Of a DNA stretch of 52,380 nt, positions 23,375 to 35,349 are shown one piece after another (the first letter of the stretch is position 1; every line of letters starts with the position of its first letter). The position numbers and the translations under genes were made by a program. The stretch lies in the NCBI RefSeq assembly GCF_001194135.2, contig NC_068983.1, forward strand, positions 89,430,709-89,483,088. Reading direction: 5' to 3'. Origin of the DNA: Octopus bimaculoides. Lineage: Eukaryota. Under the pieces are notes generated by a model, which had not been told where the DNA came from, did not search any database, and saw nothing but the letters and a program-made list of their open reading frames with translations.

Positions 23375-23822
23375 ATGATAGATATTTAATACTATACATT
23401 TTAAATAATACATACACACACACACACACACACACACATTTATATATATTCATACATGTATATAATCCTGAACACCCCCACACAACTGAAGGTGAACTAA
23501 CTGATTACAATAAATAAGAACTGAGTGAACTGTCAAGGAGGTAGTTGATGGTGGTTAGTTCAACAGTTTTGGTTAACTGTGTTAGTTCAACGTGCGCTGG
23601 TTTAACAGTCAGTAGTTGAACAGTGAATACTGAGTATTATATCTACATTTGAGTAGTGCATTCTGTGTTAACATATATTTCTGCAATAGGTTATTTTTAG
23701 ATAACCACAACCAACTATTTATTAGTGTAATACCCTTTTACACCAGATGTATAAACCCATGTCATAACATTTTTGGCAAGAAGCTTATTCGAAGCTCATA
23801 CTGGACTAATTTTTGCTTGAAC

Positions 23823-24730
23823 ATGGAAGGTTTACTAACTTCAGTCAGTGAATTACAGAAACAATAACAACATTAGTTGTTAGAATTTCAGAAGCAACAG
23901 CAACTGTTAGTACAACTGATACAGAAGAAAACAGAAAATACATTTAGTTTGATCACCCCTGACACTGTTGCAAACTTGATCAGAGAGTTTGTATATAACC
24001 CAGAGGAAGGTACTACTTTCTCTTCTTACTTTAGAAGATATGAGGAAATTTTTAGAGAAGAATGTTGCGACTGGCAAAGCAAGAAAGAAACTTGAGTTTT
24101 GTTGAGAAAGTTGGCACCAGCTGAGCATGAAATATATTGAAATTACACATTACCAAAGAAACTGGGTGAAATCTGTTTTGAAGAAACGGTGAATATTCTA
24201 TTAAAGATTTTCAGCAAAAAAAGCACCTTATTTAATACATGCTGGCAATGCATGAATGTTACAAAAACAGAGGAACAAAGATTTTATTTCATATGCTGGA
24301 ATCGTTAATAGGGAATGCAAGAAATTTAAAATTAATGAACTAACATCAGATATACTTAAATGCTTAATTTTCATGCAAGGTTTAACAGCAAAAAAAGATG
24401 CAGAAATTCATAACTGAATTCTGACAAAATTAGAACAAAATCAGAAGCTAACACTACAAGAAATATCTGAGGTTTGCCAGAGAATAATAAACCTAAAGCA
24501 TGATATGGAACAAATTGAAATGAAAAACTGCTCTCATATACAGTCAGTGTGACCAAAAGTAAGAAATGAAAAGCAGAAAATTAACCGATGTTTTGGATGT
24601 GAAAAATTGCACTATAGATTTGACTGTCTTTATAAAAAGCGAAAATGCTTCAAGTGTGGTAAGACAGGTCATAAAAAATTACACTGTAAAACAAAACCTA
24701 GAAAAATGGCTCAACAGGAAAAAACCATGT
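23823..24730 (+). pseudogene. Gag with two CCHC knuckles
   Basis: EFVYNPEEGTTFSSYFRRYEEIF; CFGCEKLHYRFDC and CFKCGKTGHKKLHC; several stops and frameshifts. Confidence 0.85.
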
Positions 24731-24779
24731 AAACAGTTTATCGGTGACAAGAAATACAAACGAAATTCAAAGGAAATTT

Positions 24780-26110
24780 GTGTATGTAAAAATTAAATAA
24801 TACAAATGTAGAGTTATAGTTAGATACAGGTAGTGACATTACTTTAATTAAAGAAAACACATTGAACAATATCAGGAAACCTACACTACAGAAAACTTTG
24901 AAGAATGCACATGGAGTCTTGGGGGATTAAATTAATTTTTAAGGACAACATTTTCTGTAACGTTACATTTCACAGTTAGACTATAAAAACAAAAGTTTAT
25001 GAATTATAAAATACAAGCAACCTTTTTGGAACTGACAGGATGGGACTGTTCGACTTATGGGATTTACCCATAAATAATTTTTGTGAAAATGTAATGGGGT
25101 CATGTACCAGTTCTAATACAGAGTCAGGAAATTTTTTTGAAAAGTGAAAAGGTTGTTTCCTGATGTTTTTTCAGATGAGTTGAGTCTGTGCAATAAATTT
25201 AAAGCAGAATTTCAGGTAAAAGGAAATTCATTACCAGTTTTCAAACCCAAACATAATATACCATTTGCAGCACTAGAACAGGGGAATAAGGAATTAGACA
25301 GACTGGGGAAAATGAGTGTGATTGAAAAGATCAACTATCCAGATTAGGCGTCTCCAACAGTGTATGTAAAAAAGAACAATAAAATTCATGTATGTGCAGA
25401 TTTCTCGATGGGACTAAACGAATGTTTAAGACAATATAACTACCCATTACCTAGCCTAGAAGGAATCTTCTTGAAATTAAACGATGGAAAATTGTTCTTG
25501 AAATTAGACTTTTCTGGTGCTTACTCACAAATACAAGTGGAAGATGAATGTACTAAGCTACCGACAATACCCATAAAAATCTGTACAAATTTAACCAGCT
25601 CCAGTTTGGTATAAAAGTTGCTCCGGCTATATTTCAATAAGTGATGGATGTGATGCTTGCAGAGTGTGACATCGTGATGGCCTACCTAGATGATATATTA
25701 ATTAAAATGTATCCTGTGGTCAGCATGTCGAGCATGTAAAATATGTTTTTGAAAACATAAGAGATTACAGTTTCAAACTAGGTCAGGAGAAATGCTAATT
25801 TTTCTTGCCTAAAATTAAGTACTTAGGGCAAATTATTGATAAAAGTGGTCATCAACCAGATGTATGTATGTGTGTGTATAGGAAGATTAGATCAGTGTTT
25901 GATGAGTTGTTACTGGGTAAAAAGAAGAAAAATATCAGTCAACAAATATAATATAAAATTTTTCAAAATTGGTGACAAAGTTTGTTTTAAAATGTATAAA
26001 AATGGTAAAGAAATGTGGGAAGACGGAGTGATTACTAAACAGATTGGGAAAGTGTTATTTTTGGTAAAAGGTCACAACTACAAACATAAGAGACATATAA
26101 ATCAACTAAA
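24780..26110 (+). pseudogene. Pol remnant: protease, RT and integrase C-terminal tail (RNase H and integrase core missing)
   Basis: LDTGSDITLI; CADFSMGLN, KLDFSGAYSQI, FGIKVAPAIFQ, AYLDDILI, KYLGQII; then directly FKIGDKV...WEDGVI...KRHINQL. Confidence 0.85.
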
Positions 26111-26754
26111 AAAAGGTTTACCGAGGAAACGGTCACAAGAAACTAAATTCCAATGGAAGTCTTTTATGATATGTTTGATGTACCAACACATAAACAAATT
26201 GTGGAAACTACATGTTCAAGTATGAGGAAAAGAAAACGAACAGAAGTACTTGAAATAGACCCTAAACACAAAAGATATTAAGTTCTGGGTGGAGCTAAAT
26301 TCTCACAAAGGGGAGGTGTTATGGGAGAATCCTGAACACCCCCATGCAAATGAAGGTGGACTAACCAATTACAATAAATTAGAACTGAGTGAACTGTCAA
26401 GGGGGTTGGTAGTTGAACAGTGAATACTGAGTATCGTACCTTCATTCAAATAGGATGGAGTGCATTCTGTGTTAACATATATTTTTGTGATAGGTTATTT
26501 TTAGATAACCACAACCAATTATTTATTTGTGTAATATCATTTTACCCCAGATGTATATACCCATGTCATAACACATACATACATGTATGTATATATATAN
26601 NNNNNNNNNNNNNNNNNNNNNNNNNNNNNNNNNNNNNNNNNNNNNNNNNNNNNNNNNNNNNNNNNNNNNNNNNNNNNNNNNNNNNNNNNNNNNNNNNNNN
26701 NNNNNNNNNNNNNNNNNNNNNNNNNNNNNNNNNNNNNNNNNNNNNNNNNNNNNN

Positions 26755-26797
<43 letters not shown>

Positions 26798-26829
26798 CAT
26801 ATACATATATACATATACATATATACATA

Positions 26830-27233
26830 GGTGTAGGAGTGGCTGTGTGGTAAGTAGCTTGCTTATGAACTACATGGTTTTGGGTACAGTCCCACTGCAT
26901 GGCACCTTGGGCAAGTGTCTTCTACTATAGCCTCAGGTCGACCAAAGCCTTGTGAGTGGACATAATCTGAAAGAAGCCAGTCGTATATATGTATATATAT
27001 GTATGTATATGTGTGTATATGTTTGTGTGTCTGTATTTGTCCCCCTAACCCAACATCGCTTGACAACCGATGCTGGTGTGTTTACGTCCCCGTAACTTAG
27101 TGGTTCGGCAAAAGAGACCGATAGAATAAGTACTAGGCTTACAAAGAAGGTCCAGGGGTCGATTTGCTCGACTAAAGGTGGTGCTCCAGCATGGCCATAG
27201 TCAAATAACTGAAACAAGTAAAAGAGTAAAAGA
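26830..27233 (+). mobile_element. SINE family A, full length
   Basis: Colinear with 5622-6006 and 9487-9868. Confidence 0.9.
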
Positions 27234-27659
27234 ATATATATATATATCTTATATAAAATAGACCTCTGTGTGTGTATGTGCGTATTTGCTTTTAATGCAA
27301 AAACAGCTGCGCAAATTGCTTCCATACTTGGGATGCATGAATAATTTGACCTTGAATACATAATAGGGTCTTCAGTTAATTTTTTTTATCAAAAATAAAT
27401 AATATTGCTTTATATATATGATTCACTTCTTTGAAAAGATTTCTCAATGTCAACTTCCAGTATTGATGTAGCAATGGCGAAATTTTCCATTTTCATTTGC
27501 AGAGTCTCTCACTCTCTATTTTAATGTTTTCATTTCAAGTTTTAATTCACTATTTGCAAACAACTACAATAAATTACTGAAAGAAATATTTACTAAGTTC
27601 ATAAATTTAAATATTTGGTACAAGAGCTTTTATTTATGATTTTTTCATTTCTTCCTCTC

Positions 27660-27702
<43 letters not shown>

Positions 27703-27880
27703 TGCATACAATTCAGTCACACACACACACATGTGTGTGTTTTTGTAAGTATGTTTGTATACATTTATGTATGTGTATGTATTTGAGAGAGAGAGAGAGA
27801 GTGAGTCAATCAGTCAAGGGATGTGTTGTCATGTATATGTACATACATAAATACATATGCATACATCTTTTTTGTATATA

Positions 27881-27919
<39 letters not shown>

Positions 27920-28319
27920 CAGACAAAGAAAGAGAGAGTGATGTCTAAGTGGCATTCTCTCTCTCACTCACTCACTCTCACATACACACACATACATACA
28001 AAGAAGATGTATGCATATTTATTTATGTATGTATGTACGCATGACAACACACCTCTTCTCTCTCTCTCACACACGCATGTCCATTTCATCTGATGTTTGA
28101 TATTGTGTGTGTGTATGTGTGCGCGCGCGTGCACACGTGCACACATGGTACATTCCACAATTGCCATTTATTTCAATCACTCTTGTGAAGATATTCATGT
28201 GACTCATTTTCTCATTTAATCCCCATTTTAATTTTTGAAGAAGTTTCTGAGAACAATGTTCTCACACTCTACTAGAAAAGTCAGGATAGATCAGTATTCT
28301 ACAGTGAAGCAAAGATGAG

Positions 28320-28758
28320 TACAAGTAGCCAGAGTCAATGTTGAATTTTGCAACTCTGTTAATTCTATCAAGTATGTTTGCAAATATATAAACAAAGGCT
28401 TAGATGCTGCAACATACACTCTTATGCAGAATGGCAGTCAGCAGATAAATAAAAAGGACAAAGACACACAGTATGACAGAGGAAGATACATCAATACCAA
28501 TGAGGCTTTCCAATTTTCCCATTCATGAGAGGCACCCAGTGTCCATCTAGAGAATGGCCACTGGGTTATCTTTACAAAACAAACAGCCTCGCAACAAGCA
28601 CTTTTTCCAAAAGAAACTACTCTTACTACATTTTTAAAGTTGTGTCATATAGATGAAGATGCAAGAAAACTCCTTTACCCACAATTACCCAAGTATTACA
28701 CCTGGAGAAACAATAAATGACACAAGAGGTAATGGGGGCTGATGCCCCTGCAAGAGTT
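28320..28758 (+). pseudogene. Helitron Rep/helicase fragment (runs into the N gap)
   Basis: VNVEFCNSVNSIKYVCKYINKGLDAA, GRYINTNEA, FPIHERHP, HLENGH, TTLTTFLKLC, LLYPQLPKYYTW. Confidence 0.85.
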
Positions 28759-30058
28759 NNNNNNNNNNNNNNNNNNNNNNNNNNNNNNNNNNNNNNNNNN
28801 NNNNNNNNNNNNNNNNNNNNNNNNNNNNNNNNNNNNNNNNNNNNNNNNNNNNNNNNNNNNNNNNNNNNNNNNNNNNNNNNNNNNNNNNNNNNNNNNNNNN
28901 NNNNNNNNNNNNNNNNNNNNNNNNNNNNNNNNNNNNNNNNNNNNNNNNNNNNNNNNNNNNNNNNNNNNNNNNNNNNNNNNNNNNNNNNNNNNNNNNNNNN
29001 NNNNNNNNNNNNNNNNNNNNNNNNNNNNNNNNNNNNNNNNNNNNNNNNNNNNNNNNNNNNNNNNNNNNNNNNNNNNNNNNNNNNNNNNNNNNNNNNNNNN
29101 NNNNNNNNNNNNNNNNNNNNNNNNNNNNNNNNNNNNNNNNNNNNNNNNNNNNNNNNNNNNNNNNNNNNNNNNNNNNNNNNNNNNNNNNNNNNNNNNNNNN
29201 NNNNNNNNNNNNNNNNNNNNNNNNNNNNNNNNNNNNNNNNNNNNNNNNNNNNNNNNNNNNNNNNNNNNNNNNNNNNNNNNNNNNNNNNNNNNNNNNNNNN
29301 NNNNNNNNNNNNNNNNNNNNNNNNNNNNNNNNNNNNNNNNNNNNNNNNNNNNNNNNNNNNNNNNNNNNNNNNNNNTTGCTTTTTATTATTATTTTTTTTT
29401 TTTGTATTATGAATCCAGAATTGATTTCCCAATTTAAGAATAAATTGAATTTAGAATAACAAATTTCTATACAACATATTTTGCTTTTTTCTTCCAATGT
29501 ATAATGAACAATTTCATTCCCAAGTAACACCAGGTGCTTCTGCTAGTATACACACACACACACACATACATATATATCCTCATCATCATCTATGCATTTA
29601 GTGGTATGTTATAGCAAAGTTAAGAAATCCGCCTGTAGCTATGTTACATTGGCTTTAGCTAGGGAATAGGGCAGCCATAGTGTTTTGCCGTTCGCTGTTT
29701 TTGCCAGCACGAGGATATTACTTCTGCTTCTCTCACCCCACCCCCTATAAATTAGCTCCCTTCAGATTCCCTACATCATATTTACAATATTTGCCTCATG
29801 AAGTGGAAGTCAGAAAGAGAAAATATTCAGACAAGCAACTCGCGTTTTCCAGCCTGACATACATCTAAACCTCATTTTACAGTACTAATTATAATTACCA
29901 TCATTATTCATTAATCTATCTATGTACCCACACAGTATCACTTATTTCATGCTGTATGTTGTAGTAAACTTAAGAAACCCTATGTTTAATTCAATTCTCT
30001 CTCACTTTAATACTCATTATAATTATTATTATTGTTATTCATTCATTTATTTATCTCA

Positions 30059-30340
30059 TTATGATGTTGTATGCTCTATTTTTTTACATGCATCTAATTG
30101 TAAGTCTATGCAAATGTTCTCGAATGTTTTAAGATCCATCAAGGATTTTATATACCTTTGAGAACGTTCATGTTTTAGAATAGCCATATATAAATTATTT
30201 AAATCATCATAACCTTTATCATCCCGAACAGTTTTTTCTAAACAAAACAACACACATGGCCAGCAGAATAACTTATTAAGCGTAACAGTACCAGTTAACC
30301 ATTTTGTTTTTTCATACAAATTAACTTGAAATTGTCTCAT
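30059..30340 (-). pseudogene. hAT (ZMYM1/TTF-zinc-finger-like) transposase N-terminal fragment
   Basis: KWLTG...LFCWPCVLF...GYDDLNNL...KHERSQRYIKS. A possible 5' TIR cagtggtgtgc lies on minus near 31690-31700. Confidence 0.7.
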
Positions 30341-31367
30341 GAATTTCTTGTTTTAGCTTCACAAATCAGGTAATTTGACCACCATTGTTTTCCTTCAAAT
30401 TTTTTTTTTAAAATCTATTTTTCAAAATTTCTTCTATAACACATTTCAGTCATTTGGACAAATATTTCAAAGATCCTAAAGAGATCTTATGAAAGTAATA
30501 GTGCACATGTGAGTGTGTGCATGAATTGTAAATCAGTTTCAACAAAATGGAAAGAAAATTTTAGTAAATCAAAATTAATTAGCAATATTATATTTCTGAT
30601 TTCAGAATTTTTGAAAATTTGTTCAATACAAAGGATGGTTAATGGTAATGTTCAAAACTTACGACAGAGCGAAATAGGTATTCCAAAGTCATGGCAATAT
30701 TTGAGCTGACTAATTAAGAATTAAGGAATCGTAAGGGATACGTTTTGGCCAGAATTTTTATGGGTCAAAAAGTCAAGCCCATTCAAGTATTTAGCCTGTC
30801 ATGTTAGCGGCATCAATTACAAAGAATTCTTGACAAAGAACTGATAGAAAGGGAGGGGAGAGCCAAAGCTGTAGCATTTGTTTTTCTCAAATCATGCCTT
30901 CTATAGTTATTTTATTGAGATAAAGAATCTTACAGGCATTGACTTTACAGATAGGCAGGAGAGAAATGATAGTTATTGAAAGATAGCATAGTGAGAATAT
31001 ATGTTCAGTATCAAGTATTGAAATGGCTGTGTATATTATTAAAAGAATTCTTACAAAGAAGAAGAAGAAATTTAAGAACTATATATTTACTACATAAAAA
31101 TATATTTTATTCATTGGTTGTTGATGAAACATAATCAATATGTAGAATCTAGTTGAATGAAGTAATCTACACAAGAAAGTTCAGAAATGTAGAAATAGCA
31201 GCGGCTCAGAGTATAGTCGACTAGGAAGCAAAGAGCAGGGCAAGCAAGTTGTTTTTATTAATGGAATGTTAGACATTCTAGAAACTTCCAAGAGAAATGT
31301 GAAGCTTCTTGAATAATTAAGAATTACTTCTCAGGACATAGATGTTTTGAGAAACTTATTAAAGAGA

Positions 31368-32437
31368 GATTACTCTATAAAACTTTCTGCAAGATAGATC
31401 ATTCAACTATTTTAGCTACAGACCACAGATTACTATAATAGGAAGGGGAGGACAAAAGATTTCATATGCATTTTTCTTTAAGCATGCCCAGAGGGAGCAG
31501 AATGGAAACACTGCAACATATCAAATCTGGATAGGTTTCTTTTGAAATGAAGTAACTATTTCAGTTCAGTTTCCAATGATTTGGACAATTTTTCAATGTC
31601 GTTATGAATATATTATGTTCTTAACTCAATTTTTGAGTTATATAAAAAATAAACGAACATGCAGTGCATGACTTTCATGCCTCGACTGCACACCACTGAT
31701 ATATATATACATACATACATACATATANNNNNNNNNNNNNNNNNNNNNNNNNNNNNNNNNNNNNNNNNNNNNNNNNNNNNNNNNNNNNNNNNNNNNNNNN
31801 NNNNNNNNNNNNNNNNNNNNNNNNNNNNNNNNNNNNNNNNNNNNNNNNNNNNNNNNNNNNNNNNNNNNNNNNNNNNNNNNNNNNNNNNNNNNNNNNNNNN
31901 NNNNNNNNNNNNNNNNNNNNNNNNNNNNNNNNNNNNNNNNNNNNNNNNNNNNNNNNNNNNNNNNNNNNNNNNNNNNNNNNNNNNNNNNNNNNNNNNNNNN
32001 NNNNNNNNNNNNNNNNNNNNNNNNNNNNNNNNNNNNNNNNNNNNNNNNNNNNNNNNNNNNNNNNNNNNNNNNNNNNNNNNNGATTACTCTATAAAACTTT
32101 CTGCAAGATAGATCATTCAACTATTTTAGCTACAGACCACAGATTACTATAATAGGAAGGGGAGGACAAAAGATTTCATATGCATTTTTCTTTAAGCATG
32201 CCCAGAGGGAGCAGAATGGAAACACTGCAACATATCAAATCTGGATAGGTTTCTTTTGAAATGAAGTAACTATTTCAGTTCAGTTTCCAATGATTTGGAC
32301 AATTTTTCAATGTCGTTATGAATATATTATGTTCTTAACTCAATTTTTGAGTTATATAAAAAATAAACGAACATGCAGTGCATGACTTTCATGCCTCGAC
32401 TGCACACCACTGATATATATATACATATACATATATA
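31368..32437 (+). other. ~355-bp duplication on both sides of an N gap (probable assembly overlap)
   Basis: 31368-31727 and 32082-32437 appear identical, and the second copy starts right at the gap edge. Confidence 0.8.
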
Positions 32438-32439
32438 TG

Positions 32440-32580
32440 ACAGGCTTCTTTCAGTTTCCATCCACTCACAAGGCTTTGGTCGGCCCGAGGCTATAGTAGC
32501 AGACACTTACTCAAGGTGCCATGCAGTGGTACTGAACCCTGAACCATGTGGTTGGTAAGCAAGCTACTTACCACACAACC
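32440..32580 (-). mobile_element. SINE family A, 5' half
   Basis: Reverse complement of the SINE head: aaccatgtggttggtaagcaagctacttaccacac. Confidence 0.8.
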
Positions 32581-33870
32581 TGTATTTCAATAAAAATCTA
32601 TAATTTGCCCTTCTTCCCCCCACCCCTGGGGCGTTGGGTAAATTATATGATAAAATGAGAAAGTTGCAAAAAGTGAAAGTCTGAGGTAATAACAGAGACA
32701 AGGTGACTTATATCAGTGAAGACAAGAACAGTGGTGAGAATGGGGTGATTATGTTAATAAAGCTGTCATATACACACGACACTGCATACATACTTTTGTA
32801 AATATGTAGATACAACATACACAGAAAGGTGGGTTTGAGAAATATATTGCTTTAAGGAGAGAGGGGTTAGGTGGCTTTTCTGCTGTCCATTGCAAAGAAA
32901 CACTCCCACACAGACACACACACATACATACATATGTCTACTATATACCATTTTAAACTCATGATTACTTGTGTGTGCATTTGTAAATTTGTGTGTGTGT
33001 ATGTGTGTGTGTGTGTGTGCGTGTGTGTGTATGTATGTANNNNNNNNNNGTGTGTGTGTGTGTGTGTGACATCCTATAACTGTCTGTCTCTCTACTTTTC
33101 TAGAGTCTTCCCTGTTGCTGTCACATATTATGAGATTTTAAAACTGTCAAAATTTTCAAATTTGGTATATTGAGATAATTTTCCATGTTAAATGCGATTT
33201 TGTTATTTATTTGTTCCTAACATCCAGTTGAATTATAGGCGAATTGGATTTCAATAAAAATCTATTACTGGTCAACTCATTTATTTTATTCATATGCATA
33301 TTTGCTTGTTAAAATAATATAGGGACATTCCTTAGTTTGTAATAACTATTTTTAGCAATACACAATTACCATAAAGGTTACTAAATATTTAATGGCTTTA
33401 TTACACCTAACTGATTCTAAAATTTACATATTGACATAGTTTTGGGGATAGGAATGGGAGTGGAACTAAAACAGGAACTGAACATGAAACAGTGTAATGG
33501 AAATGGGAACTGGAAATAACCCTTGCTTTTCCAGGTATTACTGGGTAATTCAGCTAGTATGTATATAGATATATATATATATATATACANNNNNNNNNNA
33601 CTGCTGGGAGGGTACCCAATTATTGTTACACTAGTGTTATACCAAGTGTAATAAGTGGGTGCGGCTAAAAGGGGTGTGTGTTTTACCCTAAATTTATATA
33701 GCAATTAGAAAATGGAGGATAATATGCTGTACCCAACGACTTGCAGGCAGTGTATTCCGTTGAATTAATTAACTTATTTTGTAATTAAAGTGACAAAAAA
33801 CCACAAAATACAAATGTTTATGACAAACCATGTTATATTGACAATCAGGTTTACAAATAAAAGTACATTA

Positions 33871-34031
33871 GGAATTTGAGAATAAACATACACTTACAGC
33901 TGTTTTGGCCTAGCGTTGGCATGCCCCATTTTATCCGAATAGCTCCTGCCAGAGTAATTAGCGGATGAAATGCTGAAATGGGGGTACATGCACGATTCGC
34001 TAGGCCTCTTCAGAGATTCACAAAAAATTCC
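33871..34031 (-). ncRNA. Hammerhead ribozyme family 1, inverted copy with G12 to A
   Basis: Minus strand reads CTGAAGA-GGCCTAGCG...CGCTAGGCC-aAAA-CAGCTG-TA-AG. Stem II is a perfect 9 bp, but the catalytic G12 (position 33906) is A. Confidence 0.8.
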
Positions 34032-34439
34032 ATACAAATATACAGTAAGAGATAAAAACAAAAATGAAATAAAAATAAAAATAAAAATAAGGGTACAGCG
34101 AGAATAAAATAAATAAATAAATAAATGAAAAATGAAAATATAAAATATATAAATATAAAAAGATAAGGCACATAAAAAGCCTACAAACAGTACATGAGGT
34201 CATACAAATAGTTATAGACACTCCATGGCTATGCACATGGACTTATATATTAGAGTGTCTAGAACTATTTGTATGACCTCATGTACTGTTTGTAGGCGTT
34301 TTATGGGCCTTATATTTTTATATTTTCATATTTTTATATTTTATATCTTCATTTTTCATTTATTTATTTATTTATTTCATTCTCGCTGCACCCTTATTTT
34401 TATTTCATTTTTTTTTTATCTCTTACTGTATATTTGTAT

Positions 34440-34600
34440 GGAATTTTTTGTGAATCTCTGAAGAAGCCTAGCGAATCGTGCATGTACCCCCATTTCAGTA
34501 TTTCATCTGCTAATTACTCTGGCAGAAGCTATTCGGATAGAATGGAGCATGCCAACGCTAGGCCGAAACAGCTGTAAGTTTATGTTTATTCTTAAATTCC
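34440..34600 (+). ncRNA. Type I hammerhead ribozyme, family 1, with 82-nt stem-II insert
   Basis: CTGAAGA (34458-34464); stem II AGCCTAGCG / CGCTAGGCC (34465-34473 / 34556-34564); GAAA (34565-34568); palindromic stem III ACAGCTGT; GTA site ending at 34576; stem I CT/AG, GAAT/ATTC, GGAATTT/AAATTCC. Confidence 0.85.
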
Positions 34601-34859
34601 TAATGTACTTTTATTTGTAAACCCGATTGTCAATATAACATGGTTTGTCATAAACATTTGTATTTTGTGGTTTTTTGTCATTTTAGTTACAAAATAAGTT
34701 AATTAATTCAACGGAATACACTGTCTGCAAGTCATTGGGTACAGCATATTATCCTCCATTTTCTAATTGCTATATATATATTTATACATATATGCATACA
34801 TACATGCATACATACATACATGCATACATATACACATATATATACACACATATACATAC

Positions 34860-34900
<41 letters not shown>

Positions 34901-35211
34901 CATATANNNNNNNNNNNNNNNNNNNNNNNNNNNNNNNNNNNNNNNNNNNNNNNNNNNNNNNNNNNNNNNNNNNNNNNNNNNNNNNNNNNNNNNNNNNNNN
35001 NNNNNNNNNNNNNNNNNNNNNNNNNNNNNNNNNNNNNNNNNNNNNNNNNNNNNNNNNNNNNNNNNNNNNNNNNNNNNNNNNNNNNNNNNNNNNNNNNNNN
35101 NNNNNNNNNNNNNNNNNNNNNNNNNNNNNNNNNNNNNNNNNNNNNNNNNNNNNNNNNNNNNNNNNNNNNNNNNNNNNNNNNNNNNNNNNNNNNNNNNNNN
35201 NNNNNNNNNNN

Positions 35212-35268
<57 letters not shown>

Positions 35269-35349
35269 TATATACATATACACACACACGCACACACACA
35301 ATGTCTAAGAATTCATAAGTCAGAAAAAAATGCACTTGCATATTTGTGA

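Larger units (their letters stand above)
22250..23415. mobile_element. Penelope-like 3' region as a head-to-head inverted pair (minus copy ~22250-22989, plus copy 22990-23415)
   Basis: Arms 22288-22694 and 22990-23415 are reverse complements. Both are homologous to the non-coding 3' region downstream of the PLE endonuclease remnant at 35350-36050. Confidence 0.75.
23457..26573 (+). mobile_element. Gypsy LTR retrotransposon, Mag/K02A2.6-like, degenerate
   Basis: 3' LTR TGTTATG...CATAACA (26317-26573) preceded by PPT aaaggggagg. 5' LTR ~23457-23769 followed by ttttggcaagaag. gag-pol remnants lie between. Confidence 0.9.
33696..34775. repeat. ~1.08-kb palindrome (arms 33696-34223 and 34253-34775, 29-nt spacer); PLE/retrozyme-like inverted terminal repeat
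   Basis: Arms are reverse complements along their length with scattered substitutions and indels; both outer ends abut TA runs. Confidence 0.95.
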
